A stretch of 56,573 bases of DNA, taken from the NCBI GenBank assembly GCA_965655435.1, contig CBFHHK010000003.1:1-56573 (forward strand), read 5' to 3'. This document shows positions 51,474-56,573 of this stretch, piece by piece. The translations under genes and the position numbers were made by a program. The notes below the pieces were generated by a model. It searched no databases. It saw only the letters and a list, made by a program, of their open reading frames with translations, and was not told the DNA's origin. The DNA comes from Planctomycetota bacterium (GTDB lineage: Bacteria > Planctomycetota > UBA1135 > GCA-002686595). Each line of letters starts with the position of its first letter. The first letter of the stretch is position 1.

Positions 51474-51583
51474 GATGGCTCTGGCCGTGACCGCGCCCGG
51501 CGGGAGATCCCGAGGCGTCGCGGGCCCAGCCTACCCTGCCGGCGTCCAGGCTCAGGTTCCAGCGTCGAGGCCTGGGCCCCCCC

Positions 51584-52465
51584 TCACCCCTGGCCGCCGA
51601 GCTCCGCCTTGGCCCGCACCCAGGCCGCCATCATCTCCGCCAGGCTGCGCTCGTTGAGCGGCCCATCGAACTGCCCCTCCATGTTGCGGAAGCGGGCCTC
51701 GAAGCGGCCGAGCGCGGAGCGACACATGGCCTCTGGATCCAGCTGGAGGTAACCCCCGAGGAACGCGGAGGCCATCAGGAGGTCCCCGAGTTCGTGCTCC
51801 ACCCGCTCCCGGACCTCCGGGTCCAGCTGCGGCCGGGCGCTGCTCTTCAGGGACGCCTCCGGCAGGACCTCGATGAGCTCCTCGAGCTCCTCCTCCACCT
51901 TGCCCAGCGCGCCGCGCGCGTCCTCCCAATGGAAGCCGGCGGCCACGGCCTTCTGGCACACCCGGCTGGCCCGATGCAAGGACGAGAGCCCCTTCGGCAC
52001 GCCCGCCAGGGCGCTCGTGTCCTCCTTCGCGTCCGCTCGCTCGCGGCGCTTGATGTCTTCCCAAGACTCGAGCACCTCCCCGGCCGTGCCGGCCATCGCG
52101 GTGCCGAAGACGTGCGGGTGCCGCCGCACCAGCTTCTCGGTGGCGGCCCGCGCGGCGGCCCCCAGGTCATAGCGCTTGTCCTGCTCCGCGATCCGGCAGA
52201 TCAGCATCAGCACCGTGAGGCAATCGCCCGCCTCGGAGGTCGCGGCCTCGGCGCTCGACTCGGCGATGGCCTCCGCCAGCTCATGCGCCTCCTCCACGGC
52301 GTAGGGCGCCATGGAAGCCTCGGTCTGCTCGAGGTCCCACGGGCAGCCATCCGGGGCTCGCAGCCGGTCGACGATCGCGATCAACGAGGCCAGCGCGGAA
52401 AGGCGCGGGTCATCGGCCGGCACCGGCTCGGGCACAGACCGCGGGTCGCTCTTGGGCTCGCTCAT
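51584..52465 (-). CDS. mazG: Nucleoside triphosphate pyrophosphohydrolase MazG
   Basis: LRAPDGCPWD..QT, EEAHE, KLVRRHPHVF, WEDIK, ELGDLL, FEARF. ATG at 52465 inferred. Confidence 0.93.
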   Translation of the reverse strand: MSEPKSDPRSVPEPVPADDPRLSALASLIAIVDRLRAPDGCPWDLEQTEASMAPYAVEEAHELAEAIAESSAEAATSEAGDCLTVLMLICRIAEQDKRYDLGAAARAATEKLVRRHPHVFGTAMAGTAGEVLESWEDIKRRERADAKEDTSALAGVPKGLSSLHRASRVCQKAVAAGFHWEDARGALGKVEEELEELIEVLPEASLKSSARPQLDPEVRERVEHELGDLLMASAFLGGYLQLDPEAMCRSALGRFEARFRNMEGQFDGPLNERSLAEMMAAWVRAKAELGGQG

Positions 52466-52496
52466 GGGTCGCGGGGCTTGGTCCCCGGTGGGAGTA

Positions 52497-52612
52497 CAGG
52501 CGTCAGGGTTGGGTCTGCAGGCGTCAGGGTTGGGTCTGCAGGCGTCAGGGTTGAGTCTGCAGGCGTCAGGGTTGGGTCTGCAGGCGTCAGGGTTGGGCGT
52601 GCGGGCGTCAGG
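52497..52612. repeat. 21-bp tandem repeat x5.5 (CAGGCGTCAGGGTTGGGTCTG) between queC and mazG
   Basis: Read directly; the last partial copy contains the queC stop codon. Confidence 0.92.
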
Positions 52613-53315
52613 CGTAAGGGATCGGGTCGACCTGACCCGCCTCGGCGAACCCGGCGAGGCGCAGCTGGCACGCGTCGCACCGTCCGCACGCGAGGGGCCG
52701 CGCACCCGGGGCCTCCACGGGGTCGTAGCAGGTGTGGGTCTGCCCGAGGTCCACGCCGAGCTCGGCCGCTCGGTGGACGATGCCCGCCTTCGAGAGCTCC
52801 ATCAGCGGCGCGTGCACCTTGAAGCGCTGCCCCTCCTCGGCGCCCGCCGCGGTGGCGAGGGTCGCCAGCGTCTCGAACGCGGCCAGGAACTCCGGGCGGC
52901 AGTCAGGGTAGCCCGAGTAGTCCACCGCGTTCACGCCCACGAACAGGTCGGTCGCGCCGAGGACCTCGGCCCAACCGAGCGCCACGGAGAGGAACACGGT
53001 GTTCCGCGCCGGGACGTACGTGCTCGGTACCCCCTGCCCGATCTCCTCGTGGTCCCGGTCCTTGGGGACGACGATGTCATCCGTCAGGGACGAGCCCCCG
53101 AGGGCGGAGAGGTCCACGGCGACGGTCCGGTGATCCCGGGCGCCGAGGACCTCGGCCACGCGCGCGGCCGCGTCGAGCTCGCAGGAGTGCCGCTGGCCGT
53201 AGCGGAACGACAGGGCGTGGGCGTCGAAGCCCATGGCCTTCGCCTCGGCGAGGACCACGGCGGAGTCCATGCCTCCGGAGAGGAGGCAGACGGCGGGGCG
53301 GAGGCTGGGGGTCAT
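52608..53315 (-). CDS. queC: 7-cyano-7-deazaguanine synthase
   Basis: [35 protein letters not shown]...CGRCDAC..R. Confidence 0.96.
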   Translation of the reverse strand: MTPSLRPAVCLLSGGMDSAVVLAEAKAMGFDAHALSFRYGQRHSCELDAAARVAEVLGARDHRTVAVDLSALGGSSLTDDIVVPKDRDHEEIGQGVPSTYVPARNTVFLSVALGWAEVLGATDLFVGVNAVDYSGYPDCRPEFLAAFETLATLATAAGAEEGQRFKVHAPLMELSKAGIVHRAAELGVDLGQTHTCYDPVEAPGARPLACGRCDACQLRLAGFAEAGQVDPIPYA

Positions 53316-53497
53316 GGGAGAGCGCGCTGCGGAGGCGGGCCGGGGGAAGATATCCCGCGATGACCGGGCACGGGGGGGGATCTCGAGGCGATCCGGCCGA
53401 GGCAGCGGATGCCGCGTTGAGATTCCCGGCGACGGGCCTAGGCTGGTGCGCCGCAACTGCAGCGACCACCGCCTCTCCCCCACGCCCCAAGCGCCCC

Positions 53498-54676
53498 GTG
53501 TCTCACCCCGCCCCCACCCGCGACGCCGTCCTCCAAGCCCTCCGCGGCGTCATCGACCCCGACCTCGGCAAAGACATCGTCGAGCTCGGCTTCATCACCC
53601 GCTGCGAGATCAGCGACGCTGGCGGCGTGGACGTGGTGATCAACCTCACCACCCCCGCCTGCCCGGTGAAGGACCAGATGCGCGACCAGGCGCGGGGGCT
53701 GATCGAGGCCCTCGAGGGGGTGACCTCCGTGGAGATCGAGATGACCGCAGAGGTCAAGGGCCCGAGCGGCCCGCCGCGGGACGCGGCGAAGGACGTGCGC
53801 CACATCGTGGCGGTCTCGTCAGGCAAGGGCGGCGTCGGCAAGAGCACGGTCACGGTCAACCTGGCCTGCGCCCTCGCCCAGACGGGCGCTCGCGTCGGGC
53901 TCCTCGACTGTGACGTCCACGGCCCTGACGTCCCGATGATGATGGGCCTCGGCGGCCAACCCGACCAGGCCGAGATCGACGGCAAGACCAAGCTCGTGCC
54001 CAAGGAGCGGCGCGGCGTGAAGACCATGTCCATCGGCTACCTCGTCCCGGATGATCAGCCCGTGATCTGGCGCGGCCCGATGGTGCACAGCTTCATCCAG
54101 CAGATGCTCACCGACGTGGTCTGGGGCGAGCTCGACTACCTGCTGGTGGACATGCCGCCCGGGACCGGGGACGCGCAGCTCTCCCTCGCCCAGGTCGTCC
54201 CGCTCTCCGGCGCGGTGCTCGTCACGACGCCGCAGGCGGTCGCGGCGTTCGACGTGACCAAGGCGATCTCCATGTTCCGCCAGGTGGATGTGCCGATCCT
54301 CGGGATCGTCGAGAACATGTCGGGTCTCGTCATGGAGGGCAGCGTCGAGGGCGGCGAGGCCGGCGCGAAGGTCGAGCTCCGGCTCGGCGCCGAGACGGCG
54401 CAGGTTCAGCTCGAGGCCGGCGGTACGTTCCGCTCCACGTTCGAGGTCTTCGGCTCGGGCGGCGCCGAGCGGCTCGGTCAGACCCACGGCTTCCCGGTCC
54501 TGGGCCACGTCCCCATCGACCCGGGCGTGCGCGCCGGGGGCGACCAGGGCGAGCCCATCGTGTCGGCCACGGGAGACGGCGACTCTGCCGCCGCGGACGC
54601 GCTCCGGGAGGTCGCAGGGCGCCTGGCCCAGCGTCTGGCGGTCAAGGCCTTCTCCAGCCTGCCGATCCTCGACTGA
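53498..54676 (+). CDS. mrp: Mrp/ApbC (NBP35 family) P-loop ATPase with N-terminal DUF59
   Basis: [58 protein letters not shown] start inferred. Confidence 0.93.
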   Translation: MSHPAPTRDAVLQALRGVIDPDLGKDIVELGFITRCEISDAGGVDVVINLTTPACPVKDQMRDQARGLIEALEGVTSVEIEMTAEVKGPSGPPRDAAKDVRHIVAVSSGKGGVGKSTVTVNLACALAQTGARVGLLDCDVHGPDVPMMMGLGGQPDQAEIDGKTKLVPKERRGVKTMSIGYLVPDDQPVIWRGPMVHSFIQQMLTDVVWGELDYLLVDMPPGTGDAQLSLAQVVPLSGAVLVTTPQAVAAFDVTKAISMFRQVDVPILGIVENMSGLVMEGSVEGGEAGAKVELRLGAETAQVQLEAGGTFRSTFEVFGSGGAERLGQTHGFPVLGHVPIDPGVRAGGDQGEPIVSATGDGDSAAADALREVAGRLAQRLAVKAFSSLPILD

Positions 54677-54778
54677 CCCCGTCGTCCGTCGAGGGGCCCC
54701 CGTCGTACGTCGAGGGGCCCTGTCGTCCGTCGAAGGGCCCCGTCGTCCGTCGAGGGACCCTGTCGTCCGTCGAAGGGC
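54677..54778. repeat. 20-21-bp imperfectly palindromic tandem repeat x5 (CCCYGTCGTCCGTCGARGGGC) directly after the mrp stop
   Basis: Read directly; no spacers. Confidence 0.9.
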
Positions 54779-55040
54779 CGGACCGCCCCTCCATGGGCGC
54801 GGGCGCACGCCCACAACTGGGGCGCGATTCGCTCGTCCGGAGCCCTCCGCGGACGGGGGTCCGTGCCCCCCGGGCCCGGACCCCCGAGAGGGCCTGTTCG
54901 CGAGCAGGAAACATCACGCAGCCGGGCCGGCTGCGCCGCAGTGCCTGTTGCACCGCAGTGCCCGTCGAGCCGCTGGGCCTACCGCACCGCTGGGCCTGTC
55001 GAGCCGCTGGGCCTGTCCATGGAGCGGAGCCGTGTTGGCT

Positions 55041-56573
55041 TCAGAGCCGCTCGCGGGCCTGGCGCAGGATCACGAGCGAGCCCGCGGGGTCCTCGATGAC
55101 CACCTGCCGGGCGCCGCTCCTGAGCCGCCGCTCCGGCACCACGATCCGCAGGGCGTCGCCCAGGGTCGAGAGCTCCGCGTTCAGGTTGGTCACCTCCAGG
55201 CGCAGGATCGCCGGGCCCGGGCGGAGGGTCACCTCGGGCAGGTCCTCACGCAGCCCCGCGAGCGATTGCAGGACAACGGTCGTGCCATCGCGGCTGAGCG
55301 TGACGGCCTCGCTGGGCTGGGGTTGCACGCCTGGCTCGCACTCCACCTCTTCGAAGCGCAGCCGCTCCGTGTAGAACTCCAGGGTGGCCGCGACGTCCTC
55401 GCAGCGGACGATGGAGCCGAGGGAGAGGAGCTGCGCCTCCGAGCCCAGCTCGAGCGCGGGCGCGACCTCGGTGAGGACGCGAGCGAGGGCGGCCTGGAAT
55501 CGCTCCGGCGTCTCGAGGTGGGGCCAGTGCCCCGTCGCCTCGAGGAGCTCGACATCGAAGGAGGACAGCAGCGCCCGGTTCCCCTCCACATCCGTCGGCG
55601 TCACGTCCGCGTTGATGCACCGGACGGGGCCGTCGATGATCCTGGTCGCCGGCTTGGGGTCATAGGTGCCGAAGTGCTCCACGAGGGCGATCGCCATCGG
55701 AGCGTCACAAGCGACGGAGTCGGCGACGATTCGCGCCCGGGCGGCGGGCGATGTCTCCGCGCGGACGAGCGCCGCCGTGAACTCCCCCATGGCCGCGGGG
55801 AAGTCCTCCTTGAACCGGGTCACGTAGGGCGCCATCCGCTCGGGATCCGCCTCGCCCGCGAGGCGGTGCAGCGACTCCACGCCCACGATCGCAGCCACCC
55901 GGCCCGGGGCGCGGACCGCCGCCTCCAGTGCGACCGGGCCGCCCATGGAGTGTCCAATCAGCACGGCGTCACGGAGCCCCTCTCCCTCGAGCAGCCGAGC
56001 GACGTCGTCGCCGAAGGCCGCGATGGTCCAGCTGGAGCGGTCCTGCCCCGCCGACGCGCCGTGCCCGACGAGGTCCACCGTGTACACCCGATAGGAGCCC
56101 GCCAGCGCAGCGGCGGTCTCGGCCCACTGCGCCCCGTTGCCGCACCAGCCGTGAATGAGCACAACCGGGCGCCCCTGGCCAGTCACCTTGAACTCCATGG
56201 ACCGGCCATCCGCGGTCGTGACCGCGCGCGGGGCGACGCCGCCGCTCTCTGCCTCGGAGCTCGCCCCCGTTAAGTCCAACGCCTCGGAGTCCACCGCCGC
56301 TGAGTCCAACGCCTCGAGGCCGATGCCCGTGCTGCTCGTCAGCGACACCCACGGGATCACGCCGCCCGCCGCGCCGGGAGGGTCGTCGGCCTGGCCCGGG
56401 GTCCCTGTAGCCACTCCCTCAGGAGAGGCGGCATCCCCTTCGAAGGTACCGCTCTCGATCGCGCCACCTTCAACGGCGAGCCCCCCTTCGCCAGCGAGGC
56501 GGTCCGCGGCCTGGTCCGCCACCGCCGGGCTCTCGGCGGCGGGGCCGCCCCCCGCGAGGTCCTCCGCGTCGAG
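55041..56573 (-). CDS. Alpha/beta hydrolase fused to a C-terminal VOC/glyoxalase-like domain (5' end probably outside the window)
   Basis: HGW, DLVGHG.S, nucleophile GHSMGG, GHWPHLE; C-terminal DVAATLEFY..LRF...EDPAG. Frame is open to the window end. Confidence 0.85.
   Translation of the reverse strand, partial: LDAEDLAGGGPAAESPAVADQAADRLAGEGGLAVEGGAIESGTFEGDAASPEGVATGTPGQADDPPGAAGGVIPWVSLTSSTGIGLEALDSAAVDSEALDLTGASSEAESGGVAPRAVTTADGRSMEFKVTGQGRPVVLIHGWCGNGAQWAETAAALAGSYRVYTVDLVGHGASAGQDRSSWTIAAFGDDVARLLEGEGLRDAVLIGHSMGGPVALEAAVRAPGRVAAIVGVESLHRLAGEADPERMAPYVTRFKEDFPAAMGEFTAALVRAETSPAARARIVADSVACDAPMAIALVEHFGTYDPKPATRIIDGPVRCINADVTPTDVEGNRALLSSFDVELLEATGHWPHLETPERFQAALARVLTEVAPALELGSEAQLLSLGSIVRCEDVAATLEFYTERLRFEEVECEPGVQPQPSEAVTLSRDGTTVVLQSLAGLREDLPEVTLRPGPAILRLEVTNLNAELSTLGDALRIVVPERRLRSGARQVVIEDPAGSLVILRQARERL

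Noticed and set aside
46535-54778. Tandem arrays as possible CRISPR arrays
   Set aside because: Units are contiguous with no unique spacers, are shorter than CRISPR repeats, and no cas genes are present.

Overview
Very GC-rich (about 70% by eye) bacterial chromosomal segment. Gene repertoire and protein style suggest a Planctomycetota member, possibly the UBA1135/'Saltatorellus'-like lineage; this is inference only. It carries about 35 CDS, tRNA-Ala(CGC), tRNA-Asp(GTC) and a cobalamin riboswitch ahead of a btuC-btuD-btuF-like ABC operon plus a secreted protein. Other genes include an orphan propeller/PAS HisKA_3 kinase coupled to a stand-alone homocysteine methyltransferase domain, a rhomboid protease, an S8 protease, a kelch/galactose-oxidase-like protein, an FHA protein, a sigma-54 activator, pcrA/uvrD, an ALDH, pyrE, hutU, a TetR-RND efflux unit, an EAL protein, acnA, rnd, a PhoD-like phosphatase, mazG, queC and mrp/apbC. 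I saw no mobile element, CRISPR array or prophage. The leads most worth checking are: (i) a candidate ~170-nt minus-strand structured RNA with its own -10 box and intrinsic terminator (26509-26689); (ii) a B12-riboswitch operon with no BtuB but with a secreted propeller-like protein; (iii) a C-terminal domain apparently shared by unrelated secreted proteins, possibly a lineage-specific sorting signal; (iv) several degenerate enzymes (Mrp without CxxC, a copper-radical oxidase missing three of five key residues, an LPS-kinase-like pseudokinase, an HTH-less sigma-54 activator); (v) frequent putative leaderless starts and many unrelated short tandem repeats. All protein calls come from motif recognition by eye, not database searches, and several start codons are uncertain.
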